In this document: positions 55,283-64,000 of the stretch, piece by piece
Layout: every line of letters begins with the position of its first letter
Numbering within the stretch: the stretch's first letter is position 1
Source: Candidatus Latescibacterota bacterium
Lineage (GTDB): Bacteria; Latescibacterota; UBA2968
NCBI GenBank assembly: GCA_965204375.1
Contig: OZ241986.1
Location: 1,824,001 to 1,888,000 of the forward strand
DNA: 64,000 bases
Reading direction: 5' to 3'
Translations under genes and position numbers: made by a program
The notes under the pieces: model-generated
The model's database searches: none
Told to the model about the DNA's origin: nothing
What the model saw: only the letters and a program-made list of their open reading frames with translations

Positions 55283-55666
55283 ATGGCAAGACTGCGACAA
55301 GAGGGATTGACCGCCCGTGAAATGGAACTCATACAGGTACTCTGGCAACAGAAAGAAGCAACCGTCGAAATGATCCAGGCAAAATTGCCTGACCGATTAG
55401 AAGGATCAACCATTCGCACACTCCTGCAAATCATGGAAGACAAAGGCTATGTGACGCATGAAAAGCAAGGACGCGCCAATGTGTACCGCCCCATAATCGA
55501 ACAACAGAGGGTCCAATCCTCTGCAATGAAGCACATCATTCAAAAACTATTTGGCGGATCAACCGAACTCTTGTTGGCGCGGCTGGTTGAAGACGAAGAG
55601 ATAGACATGGACGACGTAGCGCGATTGCGTGAAAAACTCAAGCAACGCAAAGGGAGCACATCATGA
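55283..55666 (+). CDS. BlaI/MecI/CopY family transcriptional repressor
   Basis: LTAREMELIQVLW...STIRTLLQIMEDKGYV...GRANVYRP...LFGGS. ATG 55283 follows AAGGAG. Confidence 0.93.
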   Translation: MARLRQEGLTAREMELIQVLWQQKEATVEMIQAKLPDRLEGSTIRTLLQIMEDKGYVTHEKQGRANVYRPIIEQQRVQSSAMKHIIQKLFGGSTELLLARLVEDEEIDMDDVARLREKLKQRKGSTS

Positions 55667-58600
55667 TAGACACATTGGTCAATGCCCTGGATCCGATTGC
55701 CATCTTCCTCCTTGATGCGACTATCAAGACCACCCTATTTATGGGTCTTGTTCTACTTGCCGTGTGGCTCCTGGACACGCGACAGGCTGCCAGACGCAGT
55801 TTGCTGTTGAACTGGTGTCTTGTCGGCGTGCTGGTGATTCCCATCGCGTCTTTGTGTATGCCTTCACTGCGTTTTCAATTTGCTTCGCCATCGCCACCTT
55901 CGGAACCGGCTATTCCGTCTCCCCAACCTGTTGTTGCTCCCGATAAACCTTTGGCAAAATCCACACCTGCACTGAAGCAACAAAGGGTATCTAATAGAGC
56001 GTTTTTAGAAAACCCAGAACTATCTCAAAACTTCTCATCTCCCCCACCTGCACAGATTATTTTCGCCAAAAATGCTGAGACAAAATCAATTGATTGGACG
56101 ACCTACATACTGAATAAAATCACTTCAGTACATGCTTTGTATGGTATAATGGCGGTCTATGCTATTGGCGTATTGATTTTATTGATTCGGGTAATCTATT
56201 GTTTGGCAGTAGTTTACAAGTTTCGTCGATCTCTATTGCCCTGTGAAGACGAACAGCTCCAAAATAATTTGCAGGTCTTAAAGAATCAATTGGGTATTCG
56301 GCGATCTGTTGCACTATCTATCAGTGACCAAATCGGCAGTCCAACCCAGGTCGGACTCCTGAAGCCCATAGTCGTATTGCCCACGCCTATGGTGGAATCG
56401 CACGACCAGTTGAAATCGATTTTGACTCACGAACTCATTCATGTGAAGCGATGGGATTGCCTGTATCGTCTGCTGGCAATGGTCGGCATGGCGTTTTACT
56501 GGTTCAACCCCCTATTCCACCGCGTCAAACACCTGCTCTTTGAAGTGCAAGAACAAGCCTGCGATGATTGGACAGTGACGACAACTGGCAATTCTGAAAG
56601 CTATGCAGATACGCTCCTGAATGTGGCGACCCAACTACGTCCTCGTCCTGCGATGGCATTGGGCATGGACATGGCGCGAACAACTCAGGTCCTGGCGCGC
56701 GTCAATCGCATTATCACCCTGGGCGGCCATGTGCCTCCACGCGTTGGTAGATTGTCAGCACTGGTGATGGCAGTGGTATTTATCGGCGGAGCGACAACTA
56801 TTGGCAGCCTGACCACTTCAAAGGTCGATCACAATGATCAAAAGGTTGTGTTTGACGGTGGTGTTGCCGTAACCGATACCAGCGACGTATCGCAGCGAAC
56901 ACTTCCGTTCAAAATGCGCGATGGTCGCCTGTGGTGGCGCGGCGAGAATGGCCTCTATTTGCAAGATGGGGATGCGTGGCAAAAATTTACATTGCCTGAA
57001 GGTGGTTCATTTGATCAGATACATGCCTTTATGCAAGCGCGCAATGGCTCAATGTGGTTTGCCGGTATATATAAAAATGGGCCAATTGTCGTGAGCTTTA
57101 GCGGAAAGACCTGGCAGGTATGGGATTCAAAAACAACGGGCCTGGGAAAAATTACCGCTGGATATGACTTTGCCGAAGATGAGGCTGGCGGTATCTGGAT
57201 TTCCCACCACGGTATGGGAAATATCAGAGCATACGGAGGCCCCGATCGTTTCAAAGGTGGAAACGGTGTCTTGCATTTTGATGGCGAAGCATGGCGCAAC
57301 TATACCGTGAAAGATGGATTGATTCACAATCGGGTTTACAATGTGGAAGCCGATCCCAAAGGCGGGGTGTGGATCGCAACCCTTCGCGGATTGAGCCATT
57401 ACAAAGATGGAAAATGGACCTCTCATATTGTGGATAGCGTGCCCGTAGAGGGCGTGCGTAATGGCAATATATATGATGGGCACAAGGTATATAAACTATT
57501 TTCTGATCGAAAAGGTACGCTTTGGGCCGTGCATGGATCGAATATTGGGCGCACCATAACGCAATACAAAGGAGGAATTTCCAGCTTTGACGGCACAGCC
57601 TGGACCCATTACAACGCGCAGGCGGGATTGCCCATCAATGCTTCTCGAAATATCTGGCAAACAGAAAATGGCGATCTGTGGTTTGGTACGCATCAAGGTG
57701 ATCAAAAGGTAGTAGAAGCCAGAGGCTTGATGCGGTATAGGGATGGGATGTGGTTGCGATTGACGCGCAAACACGGTATTCCCGGCGATTCTGTATGGGG
57801 TCTGGCAGAAAAAGGCGATGGGTCTTTTTATCTCGGTGTTTCTGGTATTGTATCTTATAAGCCACCTATCGATCATCTATCAACAATATCTGGTAAAGTG
57901 ATCGATCAGCGCGATGGCCAACCCGTAGCAAATATGGGAATATGGGTTGAATACGACGATGGCGAGGTGCATGCCGGAACCAGGACAGATGCAAATGGCC
58001 GCTATCGCGTCGAAGTTACCCCTGGCGTATATCGCGTGCGGATTGCATCTAAGAATGCGGCTGAACCCGTGACCGTTGAGGCAAAGCGCGAGAGTAAAAT
58101 TGAAGACATTGACCTGCTCTTGCTCAACTCGCGCCGCATCTCTGGTCGCGTAATCGATACATCCAATAATCCGATTGCTAATGCAGTCGTGGTGATTTCC
58201 GATGATACCTCAGAAGATCTGCGACTATCCCCCCAGATCGTGACCACAGATGCCAATGGAAAATTTGAAGGCTGGCAAGTATCGGGACCGAAGACTACTT
58301 TTGAAGTAGCAGCAAAAGGATACACACAAATCGCGCGAGAAGTTGAAAATGCCATTGAAGAGCAAGTAGTGATTAGTCTCAAAAAAGGCAAGACGTTCCG
58401 CGGTCGCGTTGTGGATGAGTTGGGCAAACCCATTGCCTGGGCGCGCGTTGGTCTCGGACCTCCGCCGAATCCTGAAAAGAAAGTATATACATTGCCCGCA
58501 TTGCCCTTCCAGCGCAATACTTATACGGATGCGTCGGGTTTGTTCACTCTAAATGACGTAGCGGGAGGTCACATCTGGGTGAATCATCCCGAGACCGGAA

Positions 58601-59703
58601 TGGTGAATCAAGAGGTTATGCCTGCCGATGATGTGATAGATATCCGCATAGAGCGTTTGCGTTTGTACTCTGTTTCAGGCGTGGTATCGCTAACTGGCGT
58701 GCCCGTAGAAAGGCTAATGGTCAGAACCATTGCCCTTAATGGATCAGAATCCAAACCCCAAGTAGGCCACCCGGACGCTAATGGTGCATATCGTCAGGAG
58801 GGTCTGGAGCCGGGGAAATATCATATTGCCGTACTCGCACCCCAAAAAGAGGAAAGGGATGGACGCACAATCGCAATACATCGCAATGTTCAATCTCAGG
58901 TGCTCGTAATCAAAGACCGCGATGTAACATTGAACTTTGAGCCTCTGGGTGATGCGCGCATTACAGGTATTGCGACTTACAACGGACAGCCCGTTTCAGA
59001 TGTTGCCATAAGCATCCATACTATAGGCGATGATCCTGAGAATTTTGTCTCGCTAAACGGCAAAAAAACAAACAAAGAGGGCCGGTTTGAATTACGCGGT
59101 CTGCCTTCTGCACGGATTACCATTTCTTTTCGTAAAATGGAACGCCTCGGTCCAGGTGGAAAACGCTGGAGCAAAGTCGATACGATTGATCTGACGGAGA
59201 AAAAAGAATTGCGTTATCTCACCGAACTGAAAATGGAGGAACGCCCGACCCTGAGCCTCGGAGATATAGCCCCTGAATTTGAAGCCAAACAGTTGGATGG
59301 TTTAACATTCCGGCTCGCAGATTACCGGGGCAAAAAAGCCGTGTTGATCGATTTTTGGGCAACCTGGTGTCCACCGTGCATTGATGAAATTCCGACAATT
59401 AAAAGAATTGCTGACACATATCGAGATCAGGGATTGGAAGTCGTGGGCGTGAGTTTGGACCGTGATGAGAAGGCATTACGAGATTTTGTAAAACGAGAAA
59501 AACTGAGCTATGTGCAGATATTTGAAAAAGAAAAAACGCGAGTGATTTCAAAATCCTACGGTGTCTGGGGCATCCCATCGGTATTTCTGATAGACAAAAA
59601 TGGCGTCATCAACGCGCTGAAGCTGCGTGGAACTCGCACGGAAGCAGCTGTAAGGGCGTTATTAGCCACTGATCTACAGACGGCTGGTGGAAATTCGCGA
59701 TAG
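55663..59703 (+). CDS. BlaR1-like M56 metallopeptidase fused to beta-propeller, carboxypeptidase-regulatory-like repeats and TlpA thioredoxin (copy 1)
   Basis: HELIHVKRWD, YWFNP, EQACDD; TM; propeller repeats (DPKGGVWIAT, GDLWFGT); TDANG repeats; LIDFWATWCPPC...GIPSVFLIDKNG. ATGA overlap with blaI. Confidence 0.88.
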   Translation: MIDTLVNALDPIAIFLLDATIKTTLFMGLVLLAVWLLDTRQAARRSLLLNWCLVGVLVIPIASLCMPSLRFQFASPSPPSEPAIPSPQPVVAPDKPLAKSTPALKQQRVSNRAFLENPELSQNFSSPPPAQIIFAKNAETKSIDWTTYILNKITSVHALYGIMAVYAIGVLILLIRVIYCLAVVYKFRRSLLPCEDEQLQNNLQVLKNQLGIRRSVALSISDQIGSPTQVGLLKPIVVLPTPMVESHDQLKSILTHELIHVKRWDCLYRLLAMVGMAFYWFNPLFHRVKHLLFEVQEQACDDWTVTTTGNSESYADTLLNVATQLRPRPAMALGMDMARTTQVLARVNRIITLGGHVPPRVGRLSALVMAVVFIGGATTIGSLTTSKVDHNDQKVVFDGGVAVTDTSDVSQRTLPFKMRDGRLWWRGENGLYLQDGDAWQKFTLPEGGSFDQIHAFMQARNGSMWFAGIYKNGPIVVSFSGKTWQVWDSKTTGLGKITAGYDFAEDEAGGIWISHHGMGNIRAYGGPDRFKGGNGVLHFDGEAWRNYTVKDGLIHNRVYNVEADPKGGVWIATLRGLSHYKDGKWTSHIVDSVPVEGVRNGNIYDGHKVYKLFSDRKGTLWAVHGSNIGRTITQYKGGISSFDGTAWTHYNAQAGLPINASRNIWQTENGDLWFGTHQGDQKVVEARGLMRYRDGMWLRLTRKHGIPGDSVWGLAEKGDGSFYLGVSGIVSYKPPIDHLSTISGKVIDQRDGQPVANMGIWVEYDDGEVHAGTRTDANGRYRVEVTPGVYRVRIASKNAAEPVTVEAKRESKIEDIDLLLLNSRRISGRVIDTSNNPIANAVVVISDDTSEDLRLSPQIVTTDANGKFEGWQVSGPKTTFEVAAKGYTQIAREVENAIEEQVVISLKKGKTFRGRVVDELGKPIAWARVGLGPPPNPEKKVYTLPALPFQRNTYTDASGLFTLNDVAGGHIWVNHPETGMVNQEVMPADDVIDIRIERLRLYSVSGVVSLTGVPVERLMVRTIALNGSESKPQVGHPDANGAYRQEGLEPGKYHIAVLAPQKEERDGRTIAIHRNVQSQVLVIKDRDVTLNFEPLGDARITGIATYNGQPVSDVAISIHTIGDDPENFVSLNGKKTNKEGRFELRGLPSARITISFRKMERLGPGGKRWSKVDTIDLTEKKELRYLTELKMEERPTLSLGDIAPEFEAKQLDGLTFRLADYRGKKAVLIDFWATWCPPCIDEIPTIKRIADTYRDQGLEVVGVSLDRDEKALRDFVKREKLSYVQIFEKEKTRVISKSYGVWGIPSVFLIDKNGVINALKLRGTRTEAAVRALLATDLQTAGGNSR

Positions 59704-59736
59704 ACTTTTTATGGCATTGATGATTATTTGAAAAGG
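59702..59736 (+). repeat. 35-bp intergenic linker, copy 1
   Basis: AGACTTTTTATGGCATTGATGATTATTTGAAAAGG; 32/35 identical to 63385-63419. Confidence 0.85.
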
Positions 59737-59745
59737 AGACACATC

Positions 59746-62700
59746 ATGATCGACACACTGGTCAATATCCTGGATCCTATTGCCATATTTCTCCTTGATG
59801 CAACAGTAAAGACCACCCTCTTTATGGGTCTTGTTCTATTCGTAGTGTGGCTCCTGAGCACGCGACAGGCTGCCAGACGCAGTTTGCTGTTGAGCTGGTG
59901 TCTCGTCGGCGTGCTGGTGATTCCCATCGCGTCTTTGTGTATGCCTTCATTGCGATTTCAATTTGATTCACCACCGCCACCTTCGGAACCGGCTATTCCG
60001 TCTTCCCAACCTGTCGTTGTCCCTGAGACACCTCTGGCAAAACCCACACCTGAATTACAGCAACAAAGAGTATCTGCCAGAACTCTGTCCCAGGACATTG
60101 AACTGCCTCAAGACTTCGTAGTCCCCTCCCTCGCACAGATTGTTTTCGAAAAAAATGCCGAGACAAAATCGGTTAATTGGACGACCTATATACTGAATAA
60201 AATCACTTCAACACATGCTTTGTATGGTATGATGGCGGTCTATGCTATTGGTGTGCTGGTTTTACTGATTCGGGTAATCTATTGTCTTATAATGGTTTGG
60301 AAATTTCGCCGATCCCTATTGCCCTGTGAGGATGAACAGCTTCGGAATGATTTACAGGTCTTAAAGAATCAATTGGGTATTCGGCGATCTGTTGCACTAT
60401 CTGTCAGTGACCAAATCGGCAGTCCAACTCAGATCGGAATCCTGAAACCCGTAGTCGTATTGCCCGCGCCTATGGTCAAATCAAGCGACCAGTTAAAAAC
60501 GATTCTGATTCACGAACTCATTCACGTCAAGCGATGGGATTGCCTGTATCGTCTGCTGGCAATGATCGGTATGGCATTTTACTGGTTCAATCCCCTATTC
60601 CATCGCGTCAAGCATCTGCTTTTTGAAGTACAAGAACAAGCCTGCGATGATTGGACAGTGACGACAACCGGCAATTCTGAAAGCTATGCGGATACGCTTC
60701 TCAATGTGGCGACCCTACTGCAACCTCGTCCTGCGATGACTCTGGGCATGGACATGGCGAGAATGACTCAGATCATGGATCGAGTCAATCGCATTATCAC
60801 TCTGGGGGACCATGTGACCCCGCGCGTTGATCGCGTGTCGGCACTCGTAACAGCAGTGGCATTTATCGGTGGATCAATGGCTATTGGCTGCCTGAGCACT
60901 GGAAAGGTAGATGATAATAATAAAAAAATTGTATTTGAGGGCGGTGTCGCTGTAACCGATACCAGCAAAGTGTCACACTATACGCTTCCACTAAAAATGC
61001 GCGATGGGCGCAGGTGGTGGCACGGTAGTGATGGGCTTTATTTGCAAGATGGGGATGCGTGGCAAAAGTTCACATTGCCAGAGGGTGGTTCATTAGTGAG
61101 CATCAGTGCCTTTCTGCAAGCGCACAATGGCTCTCTGTGGTTTGCCGGGGTATATAAAGGCCGTCCAGTTATCGCAAACTTCAATGGAAAGACCTGGCGG
61201 ATATGGGATAATAAAATGGGTTTGGGAGAACACGGTGTCGGATCAAAATTTGCTGAAGATACAGATGGCGAGGTGCATGCGGGAACCCTGACAGATGAAG
61301 ATGGCCGCTATCGCGTCGAAGTCACCCCTGGCGTATATCGCGTGCGGATCGCGTCCAAGAATGCTGCTGAACCCGTGACTGTTGATACAAAAGCCAAGGA
61401 TAAAGTTGAAGATGTTGATCTCCTCTTGCTCAACCCGCGTCGCATATCAGGTCGCGTAGTCGATACATCCGATAATCCGATTGCCAATGCCGTAGTAGTG
61501 ATTTCTGATGACACTTCAAGAGATAGACGATTATCTCCCCAGATAGTGACCACAGATGCCAATGGAAAATTTGCAGGCTGGCAGGTCTCGGGACCGAAGG
61601 CTACTTTTGAAGTCGCTGTAAAAGGATATGCACAAACCGCGCTAACAGTTGAAAATGCAGTCGAAAACCAGATAGAGATTGTCTTAAAAAAGGGAATATC
61701 CCTGCGCGGTCGCGTTGTCGATGAGTCCGATCAACCCGTTGCAAGGGCGCGTGTTGCCTTTGGTCGCCCCCCGATGCCTCGTGCTAAATATACAGCACCA
61801 CCTCCCCTCCCCTTTCACCACAATACCTATACCGATACGTCGGGTTTATTTACTCTCCAGAATATAGATGTGGACAAAGGTCATATCTGGGTATCCCATC
61901 CCGATATCGGAATTATGAATCAGAAAATTGTATCTGCCGATAATACAATAAAGCTCAAAATTGACGCTGAAAGTCAAGCAGTGATGGATATAGATATCCC
62001 AGTAAAGCGTTTCCGTGTGTATTCTATTTCAGGCGTGGTATCCCTAAAAGAAAACTCTGTAGAAGGGTTGGAAATCAGAGCTTTTCCAACTAAAAGATCA
62101 AATGTCCCTGCTTATCCCAAAATAGACCAGACAGATGCTAATGGTGTATATCGTTTAGACGATCTCGAGCCGGGGGAACATCGCATTATCATGAGTTTAA
62201 TCAAAGAAAAGGAAATAGACGGACGCACAAAGACAATACATTACCCCGTTCAATCTCAGACACTAATAATCGAAGACCGCGATGTGACGCTAAACTTTGC
62301 CCCCCTGAGCGATGTGTATTCTGTTTCAGGCGTGGTATCCCTAAATGAAGGGTCTGTAGAAGGGGTGAAAATCATGGCCTTCTCAGCTAAAAGATCAAGA
62401 GGTCGTATTTTTCCGAAAACAGACTATACAGATGCCAATGGGGCATATCGTTTGGACTATCTGGAGCCAGGGGAATATCGCATTTTGGTGAGCGCACCTG
62501 AACCCGAAGAAGTGGAAAAAGAGGGTCACACGAAGACAATACATCACTCTGGTCAATCACGGACACTGGTAATTGAAGATCGCGATGTGACGCTGAATTT
62601 TGAACCTCTGAGCGATGCGCGAATAACCGGTGTAGCTATTTACAACGGACAGCCTGTTTCAGATGTTTACGTAGGTGCCAATGTTTTAACAGATGATCTC

Positions 62701-63381
62701 AGGAACTACGCCTCACTCAGGAGTACAAAAACAAATAAAAAAGGACAGTTTGAGGTCCGCGATCTACCTTCTACACGGATTGCCCTTTCTTTCTCTAAAT
62801 GGGACCGCCCCTTTGACAGTATGCTCTGGAGCAAGGTCGATACGGTTGATCTTACAAAAAAGAAAAAATTAAATTATATGGAAAATTTGGCTATGCTACC
62901 AGAACGGGATATGCAAAAACACCAGAGCACACACGGACTCGGGACGTTGCGCGTGTGGGATATGGCACCCGATTTTGAGGCCAAACGGCTGGATGGATCA
63001 ACCTTCCGTCTCTCAGATTATCGGGGCAAAAAAGCTGTATTGATTGATTTTTGGGCAACGTGGTGTGGTCCGTGTATCAAGGAGATTCCGATGCTCAAAA
63101 GCATTGCTGAAACTTATCGAGATCAGGGTCTGGAAGTCGTGGGCGTGAGTTTGGATCGAGATGAGAAGGCACTGCGAGATTTTGTAAAAAAAGAAAAATT
63201 GAACTATGTGCAGGTATATGGTCGAGAAAAAGCACAGGAGATATCAAAGTCCTACGGGGTATGGGGGATTCCAGCGGTATTTCTGGTAGATAAAAACGGC
63301 GTCATCAATGCGATGAATTTGCGTGGAGAACGCACCGAAGAGGCCGTAAAGGCGTTATTAGCCACTGGTGCTACAGACTGA
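59746..63381 (+). CDS. BlaR1-like M56 metallopeptidase fused to truncated propeller, carboxypeptidase-regulatory-like repeats and TlpA thioredoxin (copy 2)
   Basis: Paralog of copy 1 (MIDTLVN...HELIHVKRWD) with WCGPC. ATG 59746 follows AGGAG. Confidence 0.88.
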   Translation: MIDTLVNILDPIAIFLLDATVKTTLFMGLVLFVVWLLSTRQAARRSLLLSWCLVGVLVIPIASLCMPSLRFQFDSPPPPSEPAIPSSQPVVVPETPLAKPTPELQQQRVSARTLSQDIELPQDFVVPSLAQIVFEKNAETKSVNWTTYILNKITSTHALYGMMAVYAIGVLVLLIRVIYCLIMVWKFRRSLLPCEDEQLRNDLQVLKNQLGIRRSVALSVSDQIGSPTQIGILKPVVVLPAPMVKSSDQLKTILIHELIHVKRWDCLYRLLAMIGMAFYWFNPLFHRVKHLLFEVQEQACDDWTVTTTGNSESYADTLLNVATLLQPRPAMTLGMDMARMTQIMDRVNRIITLGDHVTPRVDRVSALVTAVAFIGGSMAIGCLSTGKVDDNNKKIVFEGGVAVTDTSKVSHYTLPLKMRDGRRWWHGSDGLYLQDGDAWQKFTLPEGGSLVSISAFLQAHNGSLWFAGVYKGRPVIANFNGKTWRIWDNKMGLGEHGVGSKFAEDTDGEVHAGTLTDEDGRYRVEVTPGVYRVRIASKNAAEPVTVDTKAKDKVEDVDLLLLNPRRISGRVVDTSDNPIANAVVVISDDTSRDRRLSPQIVTTDANGKFAGWQVSGPKATFEVAVKGYAQTALTVENAVENQIEIVLKKGISLRGRVVDESDQPVARARVAFGRPPMPRAKYTAPPPLPFHHNTYTDTSGLFTLQNIDVDKGHIWVSHPDIGIMNQKIVSADNTIKLKIDAESQAVMDIDIPVKRFRVYSISGVVSLKENSVEGLEIRAFPTKRSNVPAYPKIDQTDANGVYRLDDLEPGEHRIIMSLIKEKEIDGRTKTIHYPVQSQTLIIEDRDVTLNFAPLSDVYSVSGVVSLNEGSVEGVKIMAFSAKRSRGRIFPKTDYTDANGAYRLDYLEPGEYRILVSAPEPEEVEKEGHTKTIHHSGQSRTLVIEDRDVTLNFEPLSDARITGVAIYNGQPVSDVYVGANVLTDDLRNYASLRSTKTNKKGQFEVRDLPSTRIALSFSKWDRPFDSMLWSKVDTVDLTKKKKLNYMENLAMLPERDMQKHQSTHGLGTLRVWDMAPDFEAKRLDGSTFRLSDYRGKKAVLIDFWATWCGPCIKEIPMLKSIAETYRDQGLEVVGVSLDRDEKALRDFVKKEKLNYVQVYGREKAQEISKSYGVWGIPAVFLVDKNGVINAMNLRGERTEEAVKALLATGATD
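62017..62616 (+). repeat. Intragenic tandem duplication of a ~100-aa domain
   Basis: Units 62017-62313 and 62314-62616 both begin VYS(I/V)SGVVSL and end IEDRDVTLNF(A/E)PLSD. Confidence 0.85.
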
Positions 63382-63384
63382 CGA

Positions 63385-63419
63385 AGACTTTTTATGGCGT
63401 TGATGATCATTTGAAAGGG
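63385..63419 (+). repeat. 35-bp intergenic linker, copy 2
   Basis: AGACTTTTTATGGCGTTGATGATCATTTGAAAGGG. Confidence 0.85.
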
Positions 63420-63424
63420 TAAGA

Positions 63425-64000
63425 ATGCGATTCACAATTTGCATAGGATTAATTGCATTGGCCTGCCTATTTGGTTCTGGCTCGTCCAGAGGAGAAACAG
63501 CAATAGACTCGCTATTTCATGCGGCAGAGCAGCAAGTCGGTCTGGTAAGTTGGGAGAAAAGCATCCAAGCTTTCGAGGAGATTATTTCCGAAGATAGAGA
63601 TTACGCACCTGCATATAATGAATTGGCCAAACTGCATCTGCTGGACCACAGCGTAAATGGCCGACAGCGCGCAATGCGGAGGATACAGCAGGCAATCGCA
63701 AGTGACCCCGACAATATTGAATATCGGCTGACACGCGGAAAGATTTTGTGGCATCAAGGCTTTCGGTCACGGGCATTGAACCAATTCAAGAACGTGATCG
63801 AAAAGCATCCCAACAACACGGATGTCCTCAATGGTCTGGGTATGTTCTGGGTGTATGATTTCTTGGCACAGAAAGACAGAAGAACTATACATTATTCAAG
63901 AATCACAGGAGCGAGAAAAACCTTAGATTTCAAGATCTTTGCCCAGGAAGCCAAACAAGAAGCAATTCAAGTCCTGCGAAAAAGCATCCAATTGGATGGG
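63425..64000 (+). CDS. Exported tetratricopeptide-repeat protein (partial; runs off window end)
   Basis: Not in ORF track. Open from ATG 63425: MRFTICIGLIALACLFGSGSSRG... with TPR-like helices (APAYNELAKL, QQAIASDPDN, VIEKHPNNTDVLNGLG). Confidence 0.8.
   Translation, partial: MRFTICIGLIALACLFGSGSSRGETAIDSLFHAAEQQVGLVSWEKSIQAFEEIISEDRDYAPAYNELAKLHLLDHSVNGRQRAMRRIQQAIASDPDNIEYRLTRGKILWHQGFRSRALNQFKNVIEKHPNNTDVLNGLGMFWVYDFLAQKDRRTIHYSRITGARKTLDFKIFAQEAKQEAIQVLRKSIQLDG

Noticed and set aside
55663-63381. Interpretation as a beta-lactam resistance (bla/mec) locus, or as selenoproteins
   Set aside because: There is no penicillin-binding sensor domain or beta-lactamase. Both CxxC motifs use Cys codons with no in-frame TGA.
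1-64000. CRISPR array, rRNA, transposase, integron or prophage
   Set aside because: No repeat-spacer periodicity, rRNA-like segment or mobile-element protein motif was seen. Nearly all sequence is accounted for by the listed genes.

Overview
Gene-dense bacterial chromosome segment of roughly 50% GC, with no integrase, transposase, phage gene or CRISPR array visible. The gene content (SprA-like and PorV-like barrels, a T9SS-type C-terminal domain, LptFG, bS22, sulfatases, DUF6785-like membrane proteins) points to a diderm of the FCB superphylum, probably outside Bacteroidota (Latescibacterota/Gemmatimonadota-like; inference). From left to right: metabolic enzymes (1-8.7 kb); a hup-bS22-structured RNA-tRNA-Arg(CCG) unit; a tightly coupled sprA-comEA-pilM-like-NYN-obgE operon divergent from lptFG; sulfatase, UPF0182, oxidoreductases and transporters; a 17-kb uptake locus; heme o synthase with an ABC-2 exporter; a family B DNA polymerase; and a BlaI repressor followed by two tandem BlaR1/M56-thioredoxin fusion genes. 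The best candidate for an undescribed system is the uptake locus at 31.8-49 kb. It has a TonB-dependent receptor, a non-lipoprotein partner carrying a T9SS-like CTD, and a dedicated PorV-like barrel, followed by two DUF6785-like permeases, Tat-exported hydrolases, a sugar MFS and a lyase-like protein. It resembles a polysaccharide-utilisation locus without SusD. The second candidate is the modular BlaI/M56-thioredoxin array, which shows a domain deletion, a domain duplication and a relic of a third copy. All family assignments come from motif recognition by eye, not from database searches.
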